Below are positions 11,966-24,689 of a stretch of 64,000 nucleotides of DNA, piece after piece. The translations under genes were made by a program, and so were the position numbers. Every line of letters begins with the position of its first letter. Position 1 is the stretch's first letter. Under the pieces are notes generated by a model. The model worked only from the letters and a program-made list of their open reading frames with translations. It made no database searches and was not told the DNA's origin. The stretch covers positions 31,280,430-31,344,429 of the forward strand of contig NC_090399.1 of NCBI RefSeq assembly GCF_036365525.1, given 5' to 3'. Source of the DNA: Heterodontus francisci (Eukaryota).

Positions 11966-12994
11966 ACGTATATAAAAATATATTCATTAACTAACTGTGT
12001 ACAAAGTCAAGGCAACATACAAACATTGCTTCAGGTTTTGCAGTCATTGCAAAATGACAATAATACGGTTAGCATTTCATATGAACAATCCTGGATTGAT
12101 TTATAATCAGAATTATGGTTATTAATAATATTTTACATTTAAGTATTTTCAGATGTTACACGTGCATTACTTGATGCAGTAGTGACTGATATAGCATGAG
12201 GGAATTAACTGCTGTTCAAATGCAAAATAATGAAAACAAACATAAATAATCGTTTTCCATTGATGAAATTGCAATTATATGCAACAAGAGAGAAATTATC
12301 GATAAGGTAATGAAAAAGGAGAGTTATCACAACGGAAATAGCTTGTTAGTAAGGAAACCAGTTTATTAATTGAAGCTGTTGAGAAAGTCAATTAGACTCA
12401 GCTTATACGGTGTTGCGCTTTTGGCAGAATCATAGTGGTCAAAGTGAAGGGATTATATAAAAAGTGACAATTTGTAATGAGCATTGGGATTTGAAAAGTT
12501 TTCATATGCCTAAAGAACAAAGCTCGGGAACTGTATCGCATTTATATCATCAGTTGTGATTGCACCTATTTTCTACTCAGTGGATATTTTGGTACTTTTA
12601 CAAGGACTGTATGCTTCATAAGACTGCACATTTTAATTCAACGTCTCAAGAACTCTTTTGATTTTTAGGAATATATTAAAAGTGTAATTATAAATATCAT
12701 CAACTGTCATCGAACAGGTATCACTGTGGGTAAGAAAATAAGCACGCACATGTACAGTTTGAAATGCCATATACCTGATTGTCAACTCGGCAGGAAGATC
12801 CTTCAACAAATTTCTCTATATAATGGGTCCGAGAGACAATGCAGATGTTAGAAAGATCAGTGACTGGAAATCGCCACTTAGCATTCCCAAGCTCGCCCAC
12901 CGTTATGATTTGAACTTATCCAGTTTACTATCCAACTGTAGTATCACAAAATATGAAGTCCGTCCATGATATAAAGATTATTGTATTGATGTAA

Positions 12995-14985
12995 AAATGA
13001 CAGGGAAAATGCTTGAATTTATTAATAAGGAGGTTATAGCAGGTCATTTAGAAACTCTTAATGCAATCAGGCAGAGTTAACATGGTTTTGTGAAAGGGAA
13101 ATCGTGTTTGAATAATTAGAGTTCTTTGAGGAAGTAACAAGCAACGTGGATAAAGGGGAACTTGTAGATGTGGTGCACTTGGATTTCCAGAATACATTTG
13201 ACAAGGTGCCACATCAAAGGTTACAAAAGAAATTAAGAGCCCGTGGTATATGGAGTGACACATTTGAATGGATAGAGGATTAGTTAGCGAACAGGAAACA
13301 GCAAGTAGGCATAAATGGGTCGTTTTCAGGTTGGCAAGTTGCAACTAGTGGATGCCACAGGGATCAGTGCTGGAACCTCAACTATTTACAATCTATATCA
13401 ATGACTTGGATGAAGGGACAGAATGCATGGCTGCTTAATTTGCTGATGACACAAAATATATCGGAGAGTAAATTGTGAAGAGGACATCGTCTTTGGCCTT
13501 CTTGTCTCGAGAGACAATGGGTAAGCGCCTAGAGGTGGTCAGTGGTTTGTGAAGCAGATCCTGAAGTGGCTATAAAGGCCAATTCTAGAGTGGCAGACTC
13601 TTCCACAGATGCTGCAGATAAAATTGGTTGTCGGGGCTGTTACACATTTGGCTCTGTCCTTGTGCTTCTGTCTTTTTTCCTGCTAACAGCTAAGTCTCTT
13701 CGACTCGCCACTCTTTAGCCCTGCCTTTATGGCTGTCCGCCAGCTCTGGCGATCACTGGCAACTGACTGCCACGATTTGTGGTCAATGTCATAGGACTTC
13801 ATGTCGCATTTGCAGACATCTTTAAAGTGGAGACGTGGACAGCCAGTGGGTCTGATACCAGTGACGAGCTCACTGTACAATGCATCCTTGGGGATCCTGC
13901 CTTATTCCATGCAGCTCACATGGCCAAGGCAACTCAAGCACCGCTGGTTCAGTAGGGTGTATATGCTGGCCGCCTCGAGGACTTCTGCATTGGAGATGCG
14001 GTCCTGCCACCTGGTGCCAAGGATTCTCCGGAGGCAGCAAAGATGGAATGAATTGAGACATTGCTCTTGGCTGACATACGTTGTCAAGGCCTCGCTGCCA
14101 TAAAGCAAGGTACTGAGGACACAGGCTTGATACGCTCTGACTTTTGTGTTCCATGTCAGTGTGCCATTTTCCCACACTCTCCTGGCCAGTCTGGACATAG
14201 CAGCGGACGCCTTTCCCATGTGCTTGTTGATTTTTGCATCGAGAGACAGGTTAATGGTGATAGTTGAGCCCAGGTAGGTGAACTCTTGAACCACTTACAG
14301 AGCGTGGTCGCCGATATTGATGGGTGGAGCATTTCTGACGTCCTGTCCCATGATGTTAAGTCCCATGAGGACATAAGGAGTCTGCAAAGGGATATAGATA
14401 GGTTAAGCGAGTGGGCAAAGATTTGGCAAATGGAGCATAATGTTGGAAAGTGTGAACCTGTCTGCTTTGGCCAGAAAAATAGAAAAGCACCATATTTTTT
14501 AAATGGAGAAAGACTGCAGAACTCTGAGATGCAGAGGGATCTGGGTGTCCTAGTACACGAAACACAAAATGTTAGTATGCAGGTAAAGCAAGGTATTTGG
14601 AAGGAAAATGCAATGTTGCCGTTTATTGCAAGGGGAATGGAATATAAAAGTAGAGAATTTTTGTTATAGTTTGCGATGGCATTGGTGAGACCCAATCTGG
14701 AGTATTGTGTACAGTTTTGGTCTCCTTATTTAAGAAAGGATGTAATTGCATTGGAAGCAGTTCAGAGAAGGTTCACTGATTCCTGGTATAAGAGGGTTAT
14801 CTTATGAGGAAAAGTTGGACAGGTTGGGTCGAGATTCATTGGAGTTTAGAAGAATGAGAGGTGATGATATTAAAACATATACGATCCTGAGGGGATTTGA
14901 CAGGAAGGAGCTTCAAAGCATGCTTTCCTTGTGGGAGAGACTAAAACTAGGGGGCATATTTTAAAAATAAGGGCTCTCCCATGTA
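12995..14985 (+). mobile_element. CR1 LINE RT region, split by an RTE insertion
   Basis: HGFVKGKSC, FDKVPH, PQGSVL, FADD up to 13487; resumes at 14375 with DIRSLQRDIDRLSEWAKIWQME. Confidence 0.92.
13488..14366 (-). mobile_element. RTE LINE inserted into CR1
   Basis: ORF 13902..14294 VQEFTYLGSTIT...YQACVLSTLLYGSEA; TSD gaggacat at 13480-13487 and 14367-14374. Confidence 0.95.
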
Positions 14986-15174
14986 AGGCACAGTGGAAGC
15001 GTGTAACTGAAATGCGACAATAGGTTCAGCTAGTTTCCAATTTAAGTGAGTGGAAATAAAGTTCATAATTAGGAAACGTGACCGAAATTTACGACAAAAA
15101 CGTGAAAACAGAAATCAGATGTTTAAAAAGGAAAAGAGATGCAGAGGTACGATGTTAATATATGATGGATGAAG

Positions 15175-15768
15175 TCATATTCCCACGTATATAAAACCAA
15201 CTGCCAACCTAAACCGATAGTCCTGCAATGCTACCGTCCTGTCAATGGTGGCAATGTCGCTCCTCACTTCTAGACCTCCCAGTTCCTCAGCCTGTATTGA
15301 AGGAAAATATATATTCCAAAATCCTATGTCTCTCCATTTATCTCGCCTTTCTAACCCCACTGCATCTGAACAGTAAACTGCTCTTAACTAACCGTTCGTT
15401 AGTATAACCGGTCAAAGTATATATAATTAAAATTTCGTAGTTATTATTAAACACAATAATGAGTAATTTCTTCTGTGAAATTACAAACGTAGGCACGTTT
15501 TTCTTTTCAAAATAAATAAGTAACAGTCAAACTCACAATGAAAAGGTGAAATGTTTTTCTTCTCTTACTACAATTTCCTTTGGAATTGTGGAGAATTCCG
15601 GTCTTTGTATAAAAAGTCTTCAGTGATTTCACGTTCCTACCTAAATAAATGGGGAAATTGGACGAATTAAACTTTGTCATCAACGTCAAAATGACAACAC
15701 ACAACAACACAAGGGAACAGATTTTGTTTTTTACAGTTTCACAATTTGTGGTTGTTGAACTTCCACGT
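15175..15768 (-). pseudogene. Cytoplasmic exons of gene A (15768-15735, 15640-15569, 15291-15175)
   Basis: DVEVQQPQIVK|gtaaaa; tttag|*EREITEDFLYKDRNSPQFQRKL|gtaaga; ttcaatacag|AEELGGLEVRSDIAT...GFIYVGI*. Confidence 0.5.
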
Positions 15769-15886
15769 CGGAAGAGTAGGAGGTTCAAAAATGTTCGTAC
15801 ATAGTGGAAGCAATGTTTCATGAAAATGCAGTTGATGTGATTAGCATAGTGAAACATTTGAGATTGTATTTCGAAATGATATCGGC

Positions 15887-16027
15887 CTTTAGCGTTGTTC
15901 CGGCAGGAAATGACAGTGGTTATCACTGAAAACAATGCCAGCACAAATATCATTGCTATTACAAACAGCGCTGTCTGGCCATCCACGGAAATACCTGGCT
16001 GTTGCGTTTGATTTCTCGTCGTCACTA
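15887..16027 (-). pseudogene. Stalk and uncharged TM exon of NKp30-like gene A
   Basis: tttag|VVTTRNQTQQPGISVDGQTALFVIAMIFVLALFSVITTVISCRNNAK G; 141 nt, phase 1-1; donor reads GC. Confidence 0.8.
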
Positions 16028-16428
16028 CTAAACGAAAACAAATGTTATTTTCTTCTTTCTTCACGCTCGCCACCTCCCCCACCATAATTAAGTGCTAAAG
16101 TAATACTTAAACCCCGAAAGAGTTAGATACAAAAATACTGCACTGGTGGGAGATAATTTGACCCTGACCCATCTGTCTGGAAACTGACATTATCCGGTGA
16201 ACGCTGGTCTTATAACTCGCCCCATTTTGCTCTCAATTGAATTCAATGGAGAATAATATTGACGCGGTGTAAACCAGAGTTCCACCTAATCCCGTGGTTT
16301 CCAGCCCAGCAAGTTATTTTAAATTACACTGGATATTCCTGGATTTAATTTTACTTCAACGCCAAAGTGCTTCCTTTCAGCTACTTTTTAAACAAAATAA
16401 TAAAACCAACAGCGGGTAACATGTTCAC

Positions 16429-16740
16429 CTGTCACAACAAGTGTTATTCCTTGCCCATAATATTCACCAGGGGCTTGAAATTCCACTTTGCAATAATAAG
16501 TTGTCGAATCGCTTACTGTCACGTTTGTTAATTGAATCGATGCGCAATCTTTCCGTCGAATTCGAATTGGTCAAATTACCCGGCCTCGATATTCTGGTGG
16601 ACTGTTGAATGTTCAGTTCCACCTTTACTGTTCCTGTACCACTAAATCCTTCGTACATACAGTACAGAACCGCTACCTTCCCCTCGGTTGATTCATGGAT
16701 GCCGTGCTTTGAAAAAGTGTAACGTTCTCAACACTCACTG
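16429..16740 (-). pseudogene. NCR3-like: VJ-type Ig V exon, NKp30/NCR3-like pseudogene (gene A)
   Basis: tttacag|VSVENVTLFQSTASMN/STEGKVAVLYCMYEGFSGTGTVK/WN*TFNSPPEYRGRVI*...ASIQLTNVTVSDSTTYYCKVEFQAPGEYYGQGITLVVT G|gtgaac; B-strand Cys, Trp, D-x-x-x-YYC and GxG J motif present; two frameshifts plus stops. Confidence 0.88.
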
Positions 16741-17439
16741 CTGTAAAAGAGCAAACAATGTTTCACACAGAAGCCAGAAACTTACGCTGTGTTTTGATGT
16801 GTTTGAAATTCTGCTCCAAAATTAAGCAGTGGACTACGGACGGAGCAATGCTAATGTGTACTTGTTTCAAGTCTGGCATTCTACTACGGACATTCATGGA
16901 CTAAAATAAAGTAATTAACTTTTTCAGTATAATAGCGGGCCAGGAAATATCATACACAACTTCAGTTATTTTCAAGCATAAAAATAAAATTTGTGGTTAT
17001 TTTGATGAAGGTTCTGAAGGACATTGGTGAAAATGAGCTGATTTATATTTGTAAACATTAAACTTTGTAATCGTCAAATTGCAGTAAACGTTAAATAGTC
17101 CCTTTAAAAACACATGATATGTTATTTAATCTTTCCATAGTAAATATTCAGAACACAGCGTTACATATTGCATTCCATATAGTTATATATTTGAAGTTAT
17201 ATCCATTAGTATGCAGTGTAAAAGTGCACAGAGGAAGGACAGGCGATATAAAAAATATTTTCAAACTGATATAAAATGCACTGTTGTTTTACATAACCTT
17301 CTCATGAGCACAATGTCATGTACATGCCATTAACAGAAACAAAGCCAAGTGCAGGGCTCCAAGATCTTATTGCAGTTCAACTGCTCGATCCCACAGTTAA
17401 ATAAGTTATTTAAATATATTACAAATTTCGCCCATTGTA

Positions 17440-18575
17440 GAATCACAGAAGCATAGAAAGTTTAAGGCACATAAAGAGTCCACTTGACCCATCGTGTCTG
17501 TCCCGGCTGAGAAACGATCTATCTATTCTAATCCCACATCCCAGCATTTCCTCCGTTGCCCTGCAGATTACAGCACTTGAGGTGCATTTCCAGACTTCAT
17601 TTGAATGAGTTGAGGGTCTCTATCTCAACTACCCTTTCAGGCAGTGAGTTCCATGCCCCCATCATCCGCTTGGTGAAAAAGATCTCCCCTCTATTTTTTC
17701 TACCAATCACTTTAAATCTATACACCTTCATCATTGACCTCTCTGTTCAGGCGAATAGTCCCTTCACCTCTACTCTATCCAGGCCCCTCAAAATTCTGTG
17801 CATTTCAATCAGATCTCCCCTCAGCCTCCTCTGTTCCAAGGAGAACAACCCCGGCCTATCCAATCTTTCCTCATAACTGCATTTTTCCAGTCCTGGCAAT
17901 ATCCTCGTAAATCTCCTCTGCACCCTTTCTAGTGCAATTACAACCTTTCAGTAATGAGGTGACCAGAATTGCACACAGCACTCAAGTTGTGGCCTAACCA
18001 ATGAGTTACGCAGTTCCAGCATAACCTCCCTGCTCTTAGATTCTGTACCTCCGCTAATAAAGGAAAGGATTCCACATGCCTTATTAACCACTTTATCGAT
18101 CTGTCCTGCTACCTTCAGGGAATGTGGACATTCACTCCAAGGTCCCTCCCTTCCTCTACACTTCTCTGTATTTTCTCATTAATTTGTATTCCTTTGCCTT
18201 GTTTGACCTCCCCAAATGCATCACCACACACTTCCCCAGGTTGAATTCCGTTTGCCACTTTTATGCCCATTTGACCAGGACATCAATATTTTCATGCAGC
18301 CTACAGCAATCCTCCTCGCTATCTACCTCACGGCCAATTGTTGTGTCGTCTGCAAACTTCTTGATCGTGCCCCCTTCATTTACGTCCAACTCGTTAATAC
18401 ATACCGCAAAAAAGCAGGACACACAGTCCTGAGCCCTGAGGAACGCGAATGGAAACACACCTCTAGTCGCTAAAACACTCGTCAACAATTACCCTTTGTT
18501 TCTTGCCACTGAGCCAATTTTATATCCACCTTGCTGCATTCCCTGGATCCCATGGAATTTAATGTTTTTGTATCA
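17440..18575 (-). mobile_element. CR1 LINE
   Basis: ORF 18261..18488 INELD...KFADDTTIGREVDSEEDCCRL; CR1 3' end near 17440. Confidence 0.9.
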
Positions 18576-19377
18576 AGTGAGCAAAGAGGGTGGGGATGTA
18601 TCAGCTGGACAAGATGGGAGCCCTATCTCCAACTGGCACATCTGTCACAATGGCTGCTCTGTGGTGGTCTCCCAGCCTCACCTGCAGAAAAGAGACTATT
18701 TAATCACTTTAAATAACCAGTTACTAACTAGGGGTGCGATTAGACATGGATAGGGACACAAAACAGGTGCAATGGCATTTACCGCACGTATGATATTTAG
18801 TGCCACCGAAGTCAGTGAACTGAATATTGGTCGATGTATATAATGGGCGACCGAAGTGACACATTTTGTCCAACTGCTGTTTAGGATCATAAGAAGATAA
18901 GAAGTAAGAGCAGTAGGCCATTCGGCCCATCGAGTATGCTCCGCCATTCAATAAGGTAATAGCTGATCTGATTGTGGCCTTAACTCGACTTTCCAACCTG
19001 CCCGCAACAACCTTTGACGCCTTTGTGGATCAAAAATCTCACTATCTCAGCATTGAATATATTAAATGACCCAGCTTCCACTGCTCTCTGGGGAAGAGAA
19101 TTCTAAACAATAATGACCCTTTGAGAGAAGAAATTCCTCCTCATCTCCATATTTAAATGGGCGACCCCTCATTTTGAAATTGGCGGAAGAACCTCTAGAT
19201 TAAAAACAGCACACGTTGGAAAGCAATCCTGTTGGTTAGTTACATATCTCAAAAGATGTGCTGACACAAACAAGTCCACTCTGAAAGTCGACCCTTTAGA
19301 AAGCTTCCTGAACGGCTGTCTCAGGATGCCCCAACTCCTAGTCATAAAGTAGCAATTTTAATCTATTTGGTTTCTGG

Positions 19378-19711
19378 ACATAAACGCCGAGTTCAGAGTT
19401 ATTCAGAAGTAGCTGAGTATTCAGGCGGTGGAAGTGCAGTCAGTGCAAATCCCTTGCACCCACACAGCCAACGTGACTATTGGGAAGGAGAGTTATAACT
19501 GGTAGGAGTATGCCAGAAATGGAACAAAAGTTTCTAATGGAGAAGCAGCGTACAGAGGGCGGATCTTTCGGTCCAAAGAAAAGGGTTTTTTGAACGTTTC
19601 CATTGAAATGAAGGCGGTGAGAGTGAACGATTCTGGGATGTATTACCGCAAACATGATAATGAGAGGACACGACAAGGAATACGGAGCAGGAACATATCT
19701 CACTTTGAGAG
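19378..19711 (+). pseudogene. NCR3-like: VJ-type Ig V exon, NKp30/NCR3-like pseudogene (gene D)
   Basis: DINAEFRVIQK*LSIQAVEVQSVQIPCTHTANVTIGKESYNW*EYARNGTKVSNGEAAYRGRIFRSKEKGFLNVSIEMKAVRVNDSGMYYR/MIMRGHDKEYGAGTYLTLR G|gtcagt; resembles human NKp30 EVRNGTPEFRGRL; acceptor reads GG, F-strand Cys reads Arg, two stops, one frameshift. Confidence 0.9.
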
Positions 19712-19936
19712 GTCAGTCATTCTCCTGTCTGCAGTATCATGTGACTGATGGGTGGGAGATCACGCCACGTAACGTGGCTCTGTCTCCGACTGGCGCCTCT
19801 GCCGAGAACGGCTGCCATGTGGTAAATTCCGATTGTGGAATAGTGTCTCCGCTGCTAAATACTAATTACTGACCAGAAGGGGATTTGACTTGGCTGGAAT
19901 GCAAAACAATGGCCTTTGACAACTGTTATACAACTT

Positions 19937-21830
19937 GCCTGAAATTCAGCTCGACTAAGTCAACGGAACTGAATATCGGGCCGGCCGGAAAATGGGCGGC
20001 TGATGGCACTTGACCTGTTTTACATCGCTGCTGAACAGCAATACCACCGTCACCGTGGATGGGAATGAGGATAAATCACATAGCCCCCGAAAGTAGGATC
20101 GTGATGCGCGGTTTCCCCAAGCCCACTCAATGTGATGTAGGAAGCATGCCAACTTCCCATTCCCTGCTTATTACCATGCTTATAGCGTGCAGATAGTGCT
20201 AACCATGTTATTGAAAGGCTGCACCTGAGCAGTGGGCCCCAAACCGTGAGGAGCTAGCAGGAGTTAAAGCTTGCCTACACCCTTTAAAGGAGAGGAACAT
20301 TGAGGCTGGCGCAGGAGGTGGAAGTCCTTGTACATCTCACTATGACATGGAAAAAAAACTTAATAATGCCGCAACATGGGAGAAAGTGTACTCCAACTGT
20401 TCTCGGATGCTGTGTTGGAGTCCTTGGTGGAGGAGGTGCAAAGGAGGAGAGAAATTATGTATCCACAGCAGGCAAGGAGGCCTCCAGACAGTTTCTCAAA
20501 TGGCAGAGTACCCATTAGCTATGGCGATGAATGCCAGGAGTCCAGCCCCGAGGACCTGGATGTAATTCTGCAAATAATACAATGACCTCATATGGGTGGT
20601 TGAGGTGAATGCACTCATCTTCAAAGGCAATATCCCACTATCTGCACCATTAAGCTCAAGCACTGTCAAAGCATCACAATCACCTACCAACAATCTCTAT
20701 CAGTCAGGCCTCTAACCTAACATTCATAGATGCACCTCACCCTCAAGGACGGAACACTGCTGCACGCCTAACATACACATCTCACAGTTTGAGAACACTG
20801 CCAGCGATTAAACTATGACAGTTCATCACCCAAACAGATTGCATCACATTCATTGACACAATTCCCTCTCTCTTGCAGGACAAGGTTGCACATAACCAGA
20901 GGCAGCAGGAGCTAACTGGAGGAGGGCAGACCTGCCGAAATGACCTTATCCCATTGAGGAGATAGTACTTGCCATCTTTGAGTTGTCATTGTTGACATCG
21001 AAGCCAGTTGTGGGGTTAAAGCCATAGGCAATGATGATATAATCATACCAAACCCCCTCCTCACATCCCACTTTTCCTTCATCTCACAACCTCTCCCAAT
21101 TCATAAGCTTCAGATGATGCAAGCATGCAACTGTTGCTTTCCCACAACCTTACCCTTGTGCCTTTCTCCTTTCAGATACCTGAGAACTGTCACCCAGCCA
21201 GAGAGCGATGAATGAGCAAAGCAATACCATCACTCAATTTCACACTCGCAGTCCTCAATTCAGATACTGACACTAAACAAACTTTAGAGGATAGCATAGA
21301 GGCGGGGACTGGACTTGGTGAGATACCGGGCATGAGTACCCTGCAGTCAGGACAGGGAACACAGGCTGTGCAAGTGCCAACTCGCTGGAGCGTGAAGTTC
21401 CACATGAGTTCTGCAAAGGAAACAGGTGAGCTCTTCGATGGGGCAGATGGCAGAAGAATGTTGATGTGCAGGAGCAATAAAATTCTTATTGCTTTGCCAG
21501 GTCTACCAGAAAGCCAACATTCAATGCCAAACATTATGGAGGAATCTGGCACAAACTTAGCACAGAGCTTAGAGCCATCCTCTCCAGAATGAACTGGTGG
21601 CCAACTCCATTAGCACACCAGTGCACTTAACCATAATGCAGCATCGGATGGCCAATGTCTCAGCTTCAAGAAGAAGCCACCTGGATACTGAAGTGGAAAC
21701 TCAAACTTCCACCACGCAATCTCAGACTGCTGCGCTCCTGACTGTGGACATGAGTGTTCAAAGGCCTTTCAGGATATCATAGCGGACCAACAATCTGTCC
21801 ACTAACAGATTACTAGGATTGCTCGAGATC
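19937..21830 (+). mobile_element. PIF/Harbinger transposon remnant with spliced Myb/SANT-like accessory gene
   Basis: FSDAVLESLVEEVQRRREIMYP, LAMAMNARSPAPRTWM...NDL; second exon ttgcag|DKVAHNQRQQELTGGG at ~20879; TIR-like gcctgaaatt at 19937. Confidence 0.8.
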
Positions 21831-22074
21831 GGGAAGAGTGGGGGCGCGTGGTGGTGGCGGGGATAGCGATGGCATCTTGGAGCATGAACATCATAACACC
21901 CAAAACTTGGTGCAATGAGTCCGGAATTTGCACCCGATGTGGACGAAGGAGAGTAAATAGGACTATTCAGGAATGTGAAAGAGGCAGGTTGTATGTTTTG
22001 AAGGCCGGTGAGTATTGTCATAAATCAGGATTTCACTTTGAAGGATGGCCCTTCACAACCATTCCTGCACGATG

Positions 22075-23930
22075 TTTCTTATTTATTCGTGGGCTGTGGG
22101 CATCTCTGGCTAGGCCAGCATTTATTGACCATCCCTAATTGCCCTTGACAAGGTGATAGTGAGCTGCCTTCTTGAACCGCTCCAGTCCTTGTCAGGCAGG
22201 TACACTCACAGTGCTGTTCGGAGGGCAGTTCCAGGTGTTTGACCCAGTGACAGTGAAGGAACAACGATATAGTTCCAAGTCAAGATGGTGTGTGGCTTGG
22301 AGGAGAATTGCAGCTGGTAGTATTCCCCTGCATCTGCTGCTCTTGTCCTTCTAGGTAGTAGAGTTCGCGGGTTTAGAAGGTGCTCTTGAAGGAGCCTTGG
22401 TGCATTGCTGCAGCCCATCTTGTAGATGGTACACATTTCTGCCACTATGCATCGCTGGTGGCGTTTGTGAATGTTGAAGGTGGTGATGGGGTGTCATTCA
22501 AGCAGGCCGCTTTGTCCTGGATGGTGTCGAGCTTCTGAGTGTTGTTGAAGCTGCACGCATACAGGCAAGTGGAGATTATTCCATTACACTCCTGACTTGT
22601 GCCTTGTAGATGGCGGACAGGGATTGGGAAGACAGGAGGTGAGTTACTCGCCACAGAATTCCCAACCTCTGACCTGCTCTTGTGACCACAGCACTTATGC
22701 GGCTGGTTCAGTTCAATTCCTGATCAATGGTAACACCCAGGATTTTGATAGTGGGGAATTCAGTGATGGTAATGCCATTGAAAGTCAAGGGGAGATTGTT
22801 AGCTTCTCTCTCGTTTGAGATAGCCATTGCCTGACACTTGTATGGCGTGAATATAACTTGCTACTTATCAGCCCAAGCCTGGATGTTGTCCAAGACTGGC
22901 TGCGTATGGACATAGGCTGCTTCCATATCTGAGGAATCTTGAATGGTGCTGAACATTGTGAAATCATGAGCGAACATCTCCACTTCTAACCTTATGATGG
23001 AGGGAAGGTCCTTGATGAAGCAGCTGAAGAGGGTTGGGCCCAGAACACTACCATGAGGAACTCCTGCAGTGATGTCCTGAGAATGTGATGATTGACCTCC
23101 AACAACCACAAACATCTTCCTTTCTGCTACGTATAACTTCAACCAGTGGAGAGTTTCCCCCCAATTCCCATTGACTCCAGTTTTGCTAGGGCTCCTTGAT
23201 GGCATATTTGGTCAAATGCTACCTTGATGTCAAAGGCAGTCACTCTCACCTCATCTCTGGATTTCAACTTTTTTGTCCATGTTTGGACCAAGGCTGTAAT
23301 GTGATCAGATGCTGAGTGACCCTGGTGCAAAGCAAACTAAGCATCAGTGAGAAGGTCATTGCTAAGTAAATGCTGCTTGATAGAGCACTGTCGATGACCC
23401 CTTCCATCACTTTACTCATGATTGCGAGTAGACTGATAGGGTGCTAATTGGCTGAGTTGGATCTGTCCTGCGTTTTGTGTACAGGACATTCCTGGGCAAT
23501 TTTTCACATTGCTGGGCAGATGCCAGTGTTGTAACTGTACTGGAACAGCTTGGCAAGGGGCGTAGCAAGTTCTGGAGGACAAGTCTTCAGTACTAGTGCC
23601 GGAATGTTATCAGGGTCCATAGGCTTTGCAGTATCCAGTGCCGTCAGACATTTCTTGCTATCACGTGGAGTGAGTCAGATTGGCTGAAGACTGGCATCTT
23701 TGCTGCTGTGCATCTCAGGAGGAGGCCATGATGGATCATCAGTTGTTTCATTGTCCACCACCATTCACGACTGGGTGTGGCAGGACTGCAGAACTTAGAT
23801 CTGATCCAATGGTTGCGGGATCACTTAGCCCTGTGTGTTGCATGCTGCTTCCGCTCTTTGGCATGCAAGTAGTCCTGTGTTGTAGCTTCACCAGACGGAC
23901 ACCTCACTTTTAGGTAAGCCTGGTGCTGCT
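22075..23930 (-). mobile_element. L2/Crack-like LINE RT and 3' end
   Basis: ORFs 22861..23205 (GVPHGSVLGPTLFSCFIKDL...MFAHD) and 23139..23330 (QGHSASDHITALVQTW). Confidence 0.9.
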
Positions 23931-24689
23931 GTTGTTGGTGACTATCTTTCAAATTTCTAATTTCCAATCAGAGAGCAGTGATGTTTAGGTTTTTATATCT
24001 AATGTTGACAATTGGCTTGGATGCTTATGTCATATTGGTACTAGAATTGGTTAGCATAATTGATCTTCAGTAACGTACGCTGGCTGGGACAATAACCTGT
24101 AACACCAAGACAATGGGAGACATTCCCCCCATTCACCTCCTCAGCCCAGGGCTACTGTAGTGACAATCATCCCTCTGCATTGGAGGGGGGGGGGGGGGGG
24201 TGGTGAATAAACAAGCATTCCTCCATAAGTAAGATGGAAAGGTGGATGGGCAATTGCATTCAGTGATTCCATTGTGACAGCAGGGAAAGATTCGGAGAAT
24301 ATCAGCCATTTGAAGCCTCTCTATTCTGCTGCGACTGACCTAGGGAAAAAGCAGAAATATAGTTAATTTCATTACTTTGCAAGTAAATGTTAATATTCAG
24401 AGAGGATAATACTCATTTCATATGTTGGCCAGTGAGCTATATGGTCCATTTGCAGTTAAACCACTGGTTATCACAGTTTATTTGATTTCTCACAAATGTC
24501 TGATTCTGTTGTTAACCTGTAAGCTGGTCAGGTTTTCAGGAGGCCGATCCATGCTGTTGTGTAACTGATTGCTGTCATTGTTTAAGATTCTACACAAGCG
24601 TTTCCCTTTTATTAAAAAAAAATTCACACCTCCAGGAAAATGCGTTTTGTTTCATTTATTTCTGGGGTGGTTCCTCGGACTTTCTCGAT

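Noticed and set aside
15507-16085. 192-aa ORF as a single-exon membrane protein
   Set aside because: Only 15887-16027 is a splice-bounded TM exon; the rest is intronic read-through
16786-16897. Leader exon for gene A
   Set aside because: The translation is not signal-peptide-like and the implied intron is only ~45 nt
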